Of a DNA stretch of 39,923 nt, positions 31,741 through 39,923 are shown in pieces; within the stretch, counting starts at the first letter, position 1, and every line of letters starts with the position of its first letter. Below the pieces are notes generated by a model. That model saw nothing but the letters and a program-made list of their open reading frames with translations, had not been told where the DNA came from and did not search any database. The position numbers and the translations under genes are program-made. Source of the stretch: a virus; the IMG/VR virus record IMGVR_UViG_3300015175_000005, positions 1-39,923 of that record; one strand, written 5' to 3'.

Positions 31741-32958
31741 ATGGCTTGGCGCGCGTACATCGTCGACACCATCAGCGGCCAGATCATGTGTCCGATCGAT
31801 TTGCCGAGTTTCAGCTGGTCGGTCAGCGTGGCCGACTCCAGTTTCTCGACCACGAAATCCAAGGGCGTCGGCAAAGACGAGGCGAGCGGTCTGAAACTCC
31901 CGTGGACGGCGATACCCGCAGCCATGCCGGGGGAGCGCTGCCGTCTGCTCGCCCCCGACCGGCGTAGCATCGCGCTCTGCTGGACGAGTCCATTGGATTC
32001 CGAGGATGCGATAGGCACGCCGATACTCTGCGGGCTCATCGGCCAGAGGAAGGACGGTCCACTCGACACGGACTTCAGCCTGACCAGCATTTACGGCCTG
32101 CTCGGCGATAGATACTTGTTGCGTGAGGGAGTCTACGGAGCCGCCAATGGCAGCACCAGCACGGATGTCATCAACTTCAGCGATCTATCCCTCCGCGCCA
32201 TCGCGGCCGAGACGGGCTGGCTGTGCACCAACGCCAAGCCGGGCGGCGGGCTACCCATCGACTGGCACTACCGAGGAGAGCAAGGCTCGCACCAACGCGA
32301 ATACGATTCATGGGACATCCAGAATCTGAAATGCTCGGACGTGTGGGACAAAATCGCCAACGTGGAAAACGGGCCCGACCTGCAACTACGGCCGAAACTG
32401 TCCGGCGACACCATCCGCTTCGACTTCGTCGCAGGTTCGGACGCGGATCCGAACATCGCGCAGAACACGATCATCGAACTATCTTCCTCGCCATACGGCG
32501 GGACTCTGGAAAACATCACAATAGACCATCTCGGAGCCGTGAACCGTGTCTATGCGAGCGGCTCAGGCACGGACAGGGCGCAATTATGCCATCTGTCCGA
32601 AGACCTGAGTCTTGTGAATGGAAGTCACGAGCCATTCCCGCTGCGGGAGATGTCCCACAGCGACACCGACGCCGCCGACGCAGGTCTGCTCCGCCAGCAC
32701 GCGGACGGCATATTGGCCGCCAACCGGCGTCCGCTCATGCAGATCAAGGGCGAACTCCACGCCAACGACGTGAGCGTCGACGGCACGCCATTGCATCCGC
32801 TCGGCAGCTTCTGGCCCGGCGAGACGATGCGGTTGGACATCCAAGGCTTCCCAACTCTCGCGGACGGCGTGTACGAATGCCGGCTCATGCAGATGAGCGG
32901 CGACCAGACGGACAAAGTGAGTCTGATATTCGACGCCATGGATGATCCCATGGCCTGA
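31741..32958 (+). CDS. Minor tail / tail-tip (Tal-like) protein
   Basis: 405 aa with an AAGGAAGGA RBS. Lies between the Dit-like gene and the fibre gene. Confidence 0.75.
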   Translation: MAWRAYIVDTISGQIMCPIDLPSFSWSVSVADSSFSTTKSKGVGKDEASGLKLPWTAIPAAMPGERCRLLAPDRRSIALCWTSPLDSEDAIGTPILCGLIGQRKDGPLDTDFSLTSIYGLLGDRYLLREGVYGAANGSTSTDVINFSDLSLRAIAAETGWLCTNAKPGGGLPIDWHYRGEQGSHQREYDSWDIQNLKCSDVWDKIANVENGPDLQLRPKLSGDTIRFDFVAGSDADPNIAQNTIIELSSSPYGGTLENITIDHLGAVNRVYASGSGTDRAQLCHLSEDLSLVNGSHEPFPLREMSHSDTDAADAGLLRQHADGILAANRRPLMQIKGELHANDVSVDGTPLHPLGSFWPGETMRLDIQGFPTLADGVYECRLMQMSGDQTDKVSLIFDAMDDPMA

Positions 32959-32974
32959 CATTTTGGAGGTGGCT

Positions 32975-35900
32975 ATGTCCTCTCACGTGGAATTGAATCC
33001 AGACGATTCGACGCTCGGCCTGAGCCTGGGCATGAAGGCCATGCGCCTCGCCCTGACCCAGAAGACCCACAAGATGGGCACCGTGCGCATCCCCGGCACG
33101 GGCGGCACGGACGTCATCATCGGCGCCGGCGCGTCCGATGGCGTCAACCGCGTGGACAAGGACGGCGTCCAACTGCCGTTGGTGGACACGAGCGGCATCG
33201 ACAAGGCCGCCAAGGACGCGCAGCAGAAGGCGGACGCCGCGGCTGCGAAGGCGGACGAGGCGATCGCCAAGGGCGAGCAGATTAGGCAGGACGCGCAGGC
33301 GGGCATCGACGACGCGCGCAAGCAGGCGCAGGCGGTCGAAGCCAAGGCCGACAAGGTCCGAACCGATCTCACCCAGCAGGTTCAAAACGTTAAGTCCGAA
33401 ATGGATTTGGCAGTTGAAGCTGCCCAGACATCCGCCAATAAGGCCCAGTCCGCAGCAGATGCAGCCCGGAAGGCGGCTGACAAAGCCAATGCGTCTACAG
33501 TAGATCTTGATAAATCAGTCCAAGCAGTCGATGCGAAGGCCATTGCGGCGAAACAGGCCGCAGCCGAGGCCCAGTCCAAGGCCGAGAACGTCGCATCGGA
33601 TCTCGATTCCGCGAATGCGGTCATCGAACAGCACACCACGGAACTCGGAACCCTTACGACGAAGGTCTCCAATGCCGGCACCAAATCCGACAGCGCCCTG
33701 AGTGTCTCCACGGAGGCCAAGCAGACTGCGACCGAGGCATCGACTACGGCATCTTCCGCATACAAGGATTCGCAGACCGCTCTTACCCAGAGCACCACTG
33801 CGACACAAACGGCAACCACCGCAAAGACCACTGCCGAATCGGCAAGCAAGACCGCAAGCGATTCGCTTAAGCAGTCTTCCGCAGCAGTGCAGACGGCCAA
33901 TCAGATCAGTACGACTCTGAAGACCGAGTATCAGACCAAGGCGGATGCCGATAAGATCTATGCGACCCAGTCGAGTCTGAAACAGACTTCGGATTCCATC
34001 ACGGCTTCCGTATCAAAGACATATGCCACGAAGGACGCATTGTCCGCCCTCCAGAACGTCGCAGATAATGCCATCGAATCCTGGCGAGGAACCGGTGTCC
34101 CGACACTGACGAACAAGCCGGCTTCGGACTGGACCACAAACGCCGATAAGAAGAAGCACTCCGGTGATCTTTATTATGACAAATCAACCGGTAAGGCATA
34201 TCGTTTCGGTTCTGATGGCGTGACATATACTTGGGAGCTGAATCAGGATACTGATGTCACCAAGGCATTGGCGGATGCATCCAAGGCACAGACTTCCGCG
34301 AATAATGCCCAGGCGTCCGCAACGGCAGCGAACACTGCTGCCGGTAAGGCCCAATCGACGGCAAATACCGCAGTCAGCAATGCGGCCACCGCGAAGAACG
34401 CAGCCGATGCCGCGCAATCCAGTGCGAACAAGGCTCAGAGTGATGTCGATAAGCTGAAGATCGATATTCCCGAGACCTATGCGACCAAGAGCTCTCTGAC
34501 CCAGACCGCCGAATCCATCACCGCAAATGTAGAATCCGTTAGGACAACCGCAAACAGTGCCGTGACGGCCGCATCGAAGGCACAGCAGACCGCCGATGGT
34601 ATTTCCGCAAATCTGTCAAAGAATTATCAGACGAAATCCCAGGCAGATACGATATATGCAACCAAGGCGAGTCTGAAGGCGACTTCCGAGAGTATTTCCG
34701 CCGAAGTCACCAAAGCGCAGGGAACCGCCGATGGTGCCGTGACAGCTGCATCGAAGGCACAGCAGACCGCTGATGCCGTCACTCTGAATCTGTCAAAGAA
34801 TTACCAGACGAAAGCACAGAACGATGCCGTGTACGCAACCCAGACAAGTCTGAAGGCGACTTCGGATTCGCTCAGCGCGAGTATTACGGCAAATGCGAGG
34901 ACCGCACAAAGCGCTGTTGACAAGGCGACAAGTCTCGAAGCGAACCTTAATGGTTTTAAGACTACTGTCGCTGAAACATATCAGACTAAATCTGGAATGT
35001 CTGCTTACGCAACCAACAGTTCCCTTACCCAGACTGCGAATTCCATTAAAGCTCAGGTCACTGAAGTCTCCAAGACCGCAAACGGTGCAATGTCCAAAGC
35101 CACTACAGTGGAACAGACTGCCAATGGCCTTAGCAGTAAGATCACCGAACAGGGTAAGACACTCAATGCGACCGTCAAGACCGCGAACGAAGCAAAGAGC
35201 ACCGCTGACAGCAATAAGACCACTATCAGTCAGGTAAGCACTACAGCCAGTAATGCGTTGTCTAAAGCCTCCACGGTGGAACAGAATCTCAACGGTTTCA
35301 AGACCAGCGTAAGTCAGACGTATGGACGCGGTTCGAATCTCTGGGTCAATCCGACGTTTGATGCTGATAAGCCCCAGATCACCTCTCGGGTGAATAACGT
35401 AACTGCGCCGAATGGGAGCGGAGTAAATCTGCTCGCAAGTCGTGACCATTACAATTCCGCCACCAGTTTTCCTGTGGTTCCGGGCCATACGTATGTGGTG
35501 ACCGCTCATGTCAAGCGATTAGAGGGAGATCTACCGCTGACGGCCGGTATCTGGTACACCGCACAGACCGGCGGAACTTGCTGGGACTCGATAACGTCAT
35601 GCGAATCAACGTCAAGCCTGAGTGATGGATGGATGGCCGCGACATGGCGTTTCACCTGTCCGGATGGAAAATCCAGAGGATGCGTGTTGTTCCATCTTGA
35701 GCAGTGGAAATCTTCGACACAGTGGTATGTGGCGAACGTCGTATGCGTCGATGTGACTGGATTGCAGCCGTCCGGCGACTACGCGACGAACAGCAGCCTG
35801 TCGCAGACGGCGAACAGCATCAAGGCGCAGGTGTCGGAGGTCGCGAAGACCGCTTCCGGGGCGATGAACAAGGCGTCCTCGGTGGAGCAGACCGCTTCGG

Positions 35901-37513
35901 GTCTTTCGACCAAGATCACCGAACAGGCCAAGACCCTCGATGCGACTGTCAAGACCGCGAACGAGGCAAAGAGCACTGCCGACTCGAACAAGCGGACCAT
36001 CTCACAGGTCGCATCCACCGCTGACGGCGCTGTAAGCCGCGTAAGCTCTCTGGAACAGAATCTCAACGGGTTCAAGACCAGCGTGGCGAAGACCTACCAG
36101 ACCAAGGGGGACTATCCGACCAAAGCCGAGGTGCAGTCCAGGATCGACCAGTCGGCCTCCTCGATCAAATCGACGGTCGGCCAGACCTACACGACTCTCG
36201 ATGCGACCGAGGCGTTGAGGAAGAGCGCGACCCGTATGTTCACGCTGTACGGCGCGTCGGGCAGTCCGAAATGGGTCAAGCTCGGCTATCTCACCAGCAA
36301 CGGCGACTCGTCGAGCGTCCTCCTGCACGTCTACTCCGGCGACGGCTACAACGGCGCTGCCCGCCAGAACGCGGAGTTCGAGATCTTCGTCAAGGACGGC
36401 TGGCAGTCGTCCGCGTCCGCGTCGGGCGCGTTCGGCGTGAGCGTGAACCGTATCCGCAACGCGGATGACGTGAAGGTCAAGGTGCTCGCGTTCGACGATC
36501 GGAGTTGCGACATCTGGGCGTACCTGCCGTGGGCCTGGTGGAACGGGCACTACACGCTGCAGGGCGACTACAAGGCGTGGCAGGACGGCCCAAACTGCGG
36601 CGGCGTGAATGTACAGGACAATGAGCCCACGAACAGCGTCGCGCAGGACCTCGCGTACGACACGCTCAGCACGCGCAGCTACGTCGACCAGACCAGCAAG
36701 TCGGTGGCCTTGGGCGTGGTGCAGAATTACCGTGGCGCGGACGGTTCGGGACTGGCCACGAAAAGCGACATCACCGCGAGCGAGAGGAGCATCACCAGCA
36801 CCGTCGCAGGCACTTACGCCACCAAGAGCGGCGTCACGCAGGAGATCTCGTCGAAGATCACCCAGAACAACAACAGCCTGGACGTGAAGTTCGCAACCAA
36901 GACCGAGACCAAGACCGCGCAGGCCACGGCGAACACAGCCAAGTCCGACGCTTCCGACGCCCAATCGCGCGTCGGTGTTCTGGAGGACTGCATCAGGCTC
37001 ACATCCGAAGGCGTGCGCGCCGGCCACCAGAAAAACGGGGTGTTCAACGGCATGAGCGCCCTCGTGAACACCGACGGAAGTTTCGACCTGCTGGACAAGG
37101 ACGGCAACCTGCTCACGCGCATCGACCGGCACAGTTTGCAGGTGGCCGGTGACGATGGGGCCGGTTCAGGGCATTTGATCCTGTCGCAGGACGGTCTCGA
37201 CATCACCGTGCAGCCTACGGCGAACAGGGCGGTCGCCTATCATATCCGGCTCGGCGCGGAAGGCATCAGCATCACCGCGCCTGACGGGACGCATGTCGAA
37301 TGCTCGGCCCGGACCGGTCTGGATCTGGAGACGGTGAGATACGGCAAACTGGCCATCGGCCCTGGCGGCTTGCAGTTCACGAACGACCAGGGATGGGGCT
37401 TGGCCCTCTCCGCCGTCGGCTGGAGCCTGAAATGGGCGGGGAACCACCGGCTCGCCACCGGTCCGACGGCGGGCAAGCTCTACATCGACGGACACGAGAT
37501 CGTCACCAAATAA
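32975..37513 (+). CDS. Tail fibre / receptor-binding protein (1512 aa), repeat-rich
   Basis: ATG 32975 after GGAGGTGG. Long Ala/Thr/Ser/Gln-rich periodic coiled-coil-like repeats. An internal beta-rich CBM-like insert (about 35330-35760) and a globular C-terminal region. Confidence 0.9.
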   Translation: MSSHVELNPDDSTLGLSLGMKAMRLALTQKTHKMGTVRIPGTGGTDVIIGAGASDGVNRVDKDGVQLPLVDTSGIDKAAKDAQQKADAAAAKADEAIAKGEQIRQDAQAGIDDARKQAQAVEAKADKVRTDLTQQVQNVKSEMDLAVEAAQTSANKAQSAADAARKAADKANASTVDLDKSVQAVDAKAIAAKQAAAEAQSKAENVASDLDSANAVIEQHTTELGTLTTKVSNAGTKSDSALSVSTEAKQTATEASTTASSAYKDSQTALTQSTTATQTATTAKTTAESASKTASDSLKQSSAAVQTANQISTTLKTEYQTKADADKIYATQSSLKQTSDSITASVSKTYATKDALSALQNVADNAIESWRGTGVPTLTNKPASDWTTNADKKKHSGDLYYDKSTGKAYRFGSDGVTYTWELNQDTDVTKALADASKAQTSANNAQASATAANTAAGKAQSTANTAVSNAATAKNAADAAQSSANKAQSDVDKLKIDIPETYATKSSLTQTAESITANVESVRTTANSAVTAASKAQQTADGISANLSKNYQTKSQADTIYATKASLKATSESISAEVTKAQGTADGAVTAASKAQQTADAVTLNLSKNYQTKAQNDAVYATQTSLKATSDSLSASITANARTAQSAVDKATSLEANLNGFKTTVAETYQTKSGMSAYATNSSLTQTANSIKAQVTEVSKTANGAMSKATTVEQTANGLSSKITEQGKTLNATVKTANEAKSTADSNKTTISQVSTTASNALSKASTVEQNLNGFKTSVSQTYGRGSNLWVNPTFDADKPQITSRVNNVTAPNGSGVNLLASRDHYNSATSFPVVPGHTYVVTAHVKRLEGDLPLTAGIWYTAQTGGTCWDSITSCESTSSLSDGWMAATWRFTCPDGKSRGCVLFHLEQWKSSTQWYVANVVCVDVTGLQPSGDYATNSSLSQTANSIKAQVSEVAKTASGAMNKASSVEQTASGLSTKITEQAKTLDATVKTANEAKSTADSNKRTISQVASTADGAVSRVSSLEQNLNGFKTSVAKTYQTKGDYPTKAEVQSRIDQSASSIKSTVGQTYTTLDATEALRKSATRMFTLYGASGSPKWVKLGYLTSNGDSSSVLLHVYSGDGYNGAARQNAEFEIFVKDGWQSSASASGAFGVSVNRIRNADDVKVKVLAFDDRSCDIWAYLPWAWWNGHYTLQGDYKAWQDGPNCGGVNVQDNEPTNSVAQDLAYDTLSTRSYVDQTSKSVALGVVQNYRGADGSGLATKSDITASERSITSTVAGTYATKSGVTQEISSKITQNNNSLDVKFATKTETKTAQATANTAKSDASDAQSRVGVLEDCIRLTSEGVRAGHQKNGVFNGMSALVNTDGSFDLLDKDGNLLTRIDRHSLQVAGDDGAGSGHLILSQDGLDITVQPTANRAVAYHIRLGAEGISITAPDGTHVECSARTGLDLETVRYGKLAIGPGGLQFTNDQGWGLALSAVGWSLKWAGNHRLATGPTAGKLYIDGHEIVTK
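35021..35323 (+). repeat. Diverged 303-nt in-frame duplication, copy 1 (low GC)
   Basis: Encodes SLTQTANSIKAQVTEVSKTANGAMSKATTVEQTANGLSSKITEQGKTLNATVKTANEAKSTADSNKTTISQV...NLNGFKTSVSQTY. Confidence 0.85.
35795..36097 (+). repeat. Diverged 303-nt in-frame duplication, copy 2 (high GC)
   Basis: Encodes SLSQTANSIKAQVSEVAKTASGAMNKASSVEQTASGLSTKITEQAKTLDATVKTANEAKSTADSNKRTISQV...NLNGFKTSVAKTY. Confidence 0.85.
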
Positions 37514-37537
37514 ACCGATTCACAAAAAGGAGGAATC

Positions 37538-37858
37538 ATGAGCGACGAGAAGACAACCGAAACCACGGTCGAAGCGGGGAAGACCGATGCGGCCGGCACC
37601 GTGCTGGACCTGCGCCCGCCAAAGAACGGGATTGTATACCAGCTGCTCCGCCTGGGCTTTGCCTTCGACCATCGTGACGATGGCGGGGAGACATGGACGG
37701 ACTACACGCGTGGCGTGACGGCCGTGTTCAATGACCGTTCGTCCACGAAGGTCATGCTTGCGGATATGGACACCAAGGATTCCCGCACCGTGCAGCTCGC
37801 CGACCTCGAAAAGGTCATCGAGATCAGGACATGGCGCTCTGACGGGGCGGGCGACTGA
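37538..37858 (+). CDS. Hypothetical protein
   Basis: 106 aa with an AAAGGAGGAA RBS. Lies between the fibre gene and the lysis genes. Confidence 0.7.
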   Translation: MSDEKTTETTVEAGKTDAAGTVLDLRPPKNGIVYQLLRLGFAFDHRDDGGETWTDYTRGVTAVFNDRSSTKVMLADMDTKDSRTVQLADLEKVIEIRTWRSDGAGD

Positions 37859-38247
37859 TGGCGCTGGCGTTCTTCTCGAGCACCGAGTTCTGGACGGCGG
37901 CGATCGTCGCCCTCGTCGGCGGCGGCGGGGTCGGCGCGATCATCGGCGCCGTCTCCTCGCGTCGCAAGGACACGGCGCAGATCGCCGCGCAGGCGTGCGA
38001 CATCCTGACCGATTCGGTCATCAAGCCATTGCGTGAGCAGGTGGACGAGCAGGAGGGACAGATCGAGCATCTGGAAAAACAGCAGCGCAAGTACTTCGCG
38101 CTCACGGCGTACACCCGTTCGCTTTTCCACTGGCTGCAGGAGTTCTGTGAGATCACCGAACCGGAGTTCCTCGCCCGACATCCGAAGCCGAGCCTGCCGG
38201 ACGAATTGCGTGCCGACATCGCGCCGGAGACCTGCTCCCGGCGATAA
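37858..38247 (+). CDS. Membrane protein with coiled coil (lysis-module accessory / holin-like)
   Basis: N-terminal TM FWTAAIVALVGGGGVGAIIGAV followed by a coiled coil. ATG overlaps the upstream stop. Confidence 0.65.
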   Translation: MALAFFSSTEFWTAAIVALVGGGGVGAIIGAVSSRRKDTAQIAAQACDILTDSVIKPLREQVDEQEGQIEHLEKQQRKYFALTAYTRSLFHWLQEFCEITEPEFLARHPKPSLPDELRADIAPETCSRR

Positions 38248-38302
38248 CCATTCCAAGGCCATCTCCTCGGAGGTGGCCTCTGCCATATCTAAGGAGGCAA
38301 TC

Positions 38303-38746
38303 ATGGCGGAACACGCCAACGAAAAACAAACCAATAATCTTCCCGGATTGACCGGCGAACGAGTGAAAGCCGTCGTTACGATTCTCGTCACGCTCTTCTC
38401 CCTTGCCAATGCGGGCTTGAGCCTGGCCGGATTCAACCCACTCCCGTTCACCAACGAGCAGGTGAGCGCGACCCTCTTCGCGGTCGTCGGCGTGATCGGC
38501 ACCGTGTACGGCTGGTGGAGGAACCAGAACATCACATCCGCCTCGATCGCGGGACAGCAGCTCGTGGACGCCCTGAAAAAGGAGGGCGTGGTCAACGGCG
38601 TCAGCGCCGCGAAGAACGCGGCCCTGAGCGCGGCGGCAGCCGTGGCCAAGACCACGCCGAAGACTGCCGCCGAATCAGCCGAATCGACGGACATGGACAA
38701 AACCGTGGCGGACTCCGATCTTGTGCCGGGCGGTGACGACCAGTGA
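38303..38746 (+). CDS. Holin
   Basis: ATG 38303 after TAAGGAGG. Two TM helices (VKAVVTILVTLFSLANAGLSLAG, ATLFAVVGVIGTVYGWW), then a WWRNQNITSAS-type motif and a charged tail. Directly upstream of the endolysin. Confidence 0.8.
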   Translation: MAEHANEKQTNNLPGLTGERVKAVVTILVTLFSLANAGLSLAGFNPLPFTNEQVSATLFAVVGVIGTVYGWWRNQNITSASIAGQQLVDALKKEGVVNGVSAAKNAALSAAAAVAKTTPKTAAESAESTDMDKTVADSDLVPGGDDQ

Positions 38747-39651
38747 CCGGCGCAGGCTTCGCACTATGGCGCGGCAGTCCGAACCACTATCAGGGCCGTA
38801 ACGGGCTGCTCGTGGACCACATCACCCTGCACATCATGGTCGGCCGATTGGCCGGCACGGACTCGTGCTTCATGCGATCCAGCTTCCAGGCCGCCTCGCA
38901 CTACGGCGTCGGCGGCGACGGCAGCGTCTACCAGTGGGTGGACGAGGACGACGGCTCGTGGGCCGACGCCAACTGGCAATCCGATTGCAGCGGCGTGACC
39001 ATCGAGCACGAGGGCGGCATGGCCGGAATCCCCGTCACCGACGCGGAGGTCGAGGCCAGCGCCAGACTGTGCGCCGACATCGCCCGCCGATACGGGTGGG
39101 GGACCCTCTGGCACGACGCCAGCGGCAACCGCGCCGGCAACATCGTCCTGCACCGCGAGGTGCCGGGCACGGACCACTACGGGTGTCCCGACAGGTGCGT
39201 CAACGCGCTGCCGGTGGACAGGATCATCGCAAAAGCGAACGAATTATTGGGAGGAGACGACATGTCGGCGGAAGACGTATGGAATTTCAATCAGAATGGT
39301 GTCCCGGTGCGTGACCGCCTGCAAGGCACGGATGAGGCGGCAAACGCCACGAGGGGGGAGCTTTTCAGGCTTTCGCAGTGGGACAGGAACACCCACGCGT
39401 CGGCCTTGGGCAACCTCGTGGTCGAGCAGCCGGTGCAGGGCGGCGCAAAGTTAGGGGATCGTGTGGCCGGCATCGATGCGAAGACCAGCCAATTGGTCAC
39501 GCAGGTGGCCGCTCTGACCGAGGCGGTCAAGACCCTCGCCGCAAGCAAGGGCGCCGCCCCGGACCAGATCGCGGCCGCCGTGGAAAACGCCGTGAAGGCC
39601 AAGCTCGACAAGCTCAAGATCACCGTCACGGACGGTTCCGACGGAAAATAA
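38743..39651 (+). CDS. Endolysin, N-acetylmuramoyl-L-alanine amidase (amidase_2/PGRP type)
   Basis: HITLHIMVG...ASHYGVGGDGSVYQWVDEDDGSWADANW...VTIEHEG...LHREVPGTDHYGCPD. GTG start overlaps the holin stop. Confidence 0.9.
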   Translation: MTGAGFALWRGSPNHYQGRNGLLVDHITLHIMVGRLAGTDSCFMRSSFQAASHYGVGGDGSVYQWVDEDDGSWADANWQSDCSGVTIEHEGGMAGIPVTDAEVEASARLCADIARRYGWGTLWHDASGNRAGNIVLHREVPGTDHYGCPDRCVNALPVDRIIAKANELLGGDDMSAEDVWNFNQNGVPVRDRLQGTDEAANATRGELFRLSQWDRNTHASALGNLVVEQPVQGGAKLGDRVAGIDAKTSQLVTQVAALTEAVKTLAASKGAAPDQIAAAVENAVKAKLDKLKITVTDGSDGK

Positions 39652-39681
39652 GCGTTGCGTTAAAGACAAGCGCAACGTTTT
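39651..39681 (+). terminator. Rho-independent terminator of the late operon
   Basis: CGTTGCG (39653-39659) and CGCAACG (39671-39677) form a stem with an 11-nt loop, followed by TTTT. Confidence 0.7.
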
Positions 39682-39898
39682 AGAGTCCTAACATTTGGAA
39701 GGATTGATTCTTACACTTATCCTTTCAGATGTTAGAAGAATGAAAGAATTTTGCCCCTCTCTCAGCTGATGCTGGGGGGAGGGGCCATTCCTTGTTTCAG
39801 GTGGTATCATACGGAGCAAACAGAAGATTGGAGTCGGTTCTGAGTGACATTTGAGTGGTATTGAAACGCGGAGCCAACCACGAGAACGCATGGTGGAG

Positions 39899-39923
39899 CG
39901 TCAGGGTATAAATTCCGTTGATA
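39899..39923. repeat. Direct terminal repeat copy 2 (att core or circular-assembly overlap)
   Basis: Identical to 1-25. The repeat may extend beyond the window edges. Confidence 0.95.

Larger units (their letters stand above)
1..39923. mobile_element. Complete temperate siphovirus-type (pro)phage genome, integrase to endolysin, bounded by a 25-nt direct repeat
   Basis: Contiguous lysogeny, early/replication, packaging, head, tail and lysis modules. Integrase lies next to the terminal repeat. No obvious host housekeeping genes. Confidence 0.9.

Noticed and set aside
33370-37513. Diversity-generating retroelement (template/variable repeat) in the tail fibre.
   Set aside because: No reverse transcriptase gene is present in the window. 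Differences between the two 303-nt copies are spread over all bases, mostly at synonymous third positions, and are not adenine-specific.
39688-39891. 67-aa minus-strand ORF in the AT-rich region next to the att repeat.
   Set aside because: It has no RBS, and the region is better explained as attP arm DNA with inverted and direct repeats.
1-39923. Insertion sequences, transposases, retrons or known multi-gene defence systems (R-M, CBASS, Abi with RT, toxin-antitoxin pairs of classic families).
   Set aside because: No transposase, reverse transcriptase, methyltransferase, cyclase or helicase-type ORFs were recognisable in any frame.

Overview
The window reads as one complete, high-GC temperate siphovirus-type genome: an integrated prophage cut at its att repeats, or a circular phage contig. 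Gene content looks like an Actinomycetota (Bifidobacterium-like) host, but I cannot verify the host from sequence alone. The first 25 nt (1-25) are identical to the last 25 nt (39899-39923).

Gene order:
- tyrosine integrase
- lysogeny accessory block: DUF2335-like membrane protein, membrane-anchored DEDDh exonuclease, ImmA/IrrE-like metalloprotease, HsdR-N-type PD-(D/E)xK nuclease, CI-like XRE repressor
- divergent Cro-like switch
- early genes: BRO/KilAC antirepressor, Xis-like HTH, SSB, ParB-like protein, replication initiator with internal iterons, HNH, Orn-like exonuclease, Lar-like protein
- structured intergenic region, then HNH, TerS, TerL, portal, MuF-like protein
- tRNA-Tyr plus terminator
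- scaffold, capsid, neck and tail genes, with a classical G/GT -1 frameshift, a 1243-aa tape measure and a 1512-aa fibre
- holin and amidase endolysin

Candidates I consider most worth follow-up:
1. An ImmA-like protease translationally coupled to a membrane-anchored DnaQ-type exonuclease that carries an uncharacterised C-terminal half.
2. A PD-(D/E)xK nuclease co-operonic with the repressor inside a low-GC cassette. A sharp junction there has decapitated an older ORF.
3. A MuF head protein with a low-GC C-terminal nuclease-toxin-like extension and no adjacent immunity gene. It is followed directly by a phage tRNA-Tyr.
4. Two apparently paralogous 100-110-nt tRNA-like (acceptor plus T-arm) elements in intergenic gaps that cannot fold as canonical tRNAs.

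All functional calls come from motif-level reading of the translated ORFs. No database search was possible.
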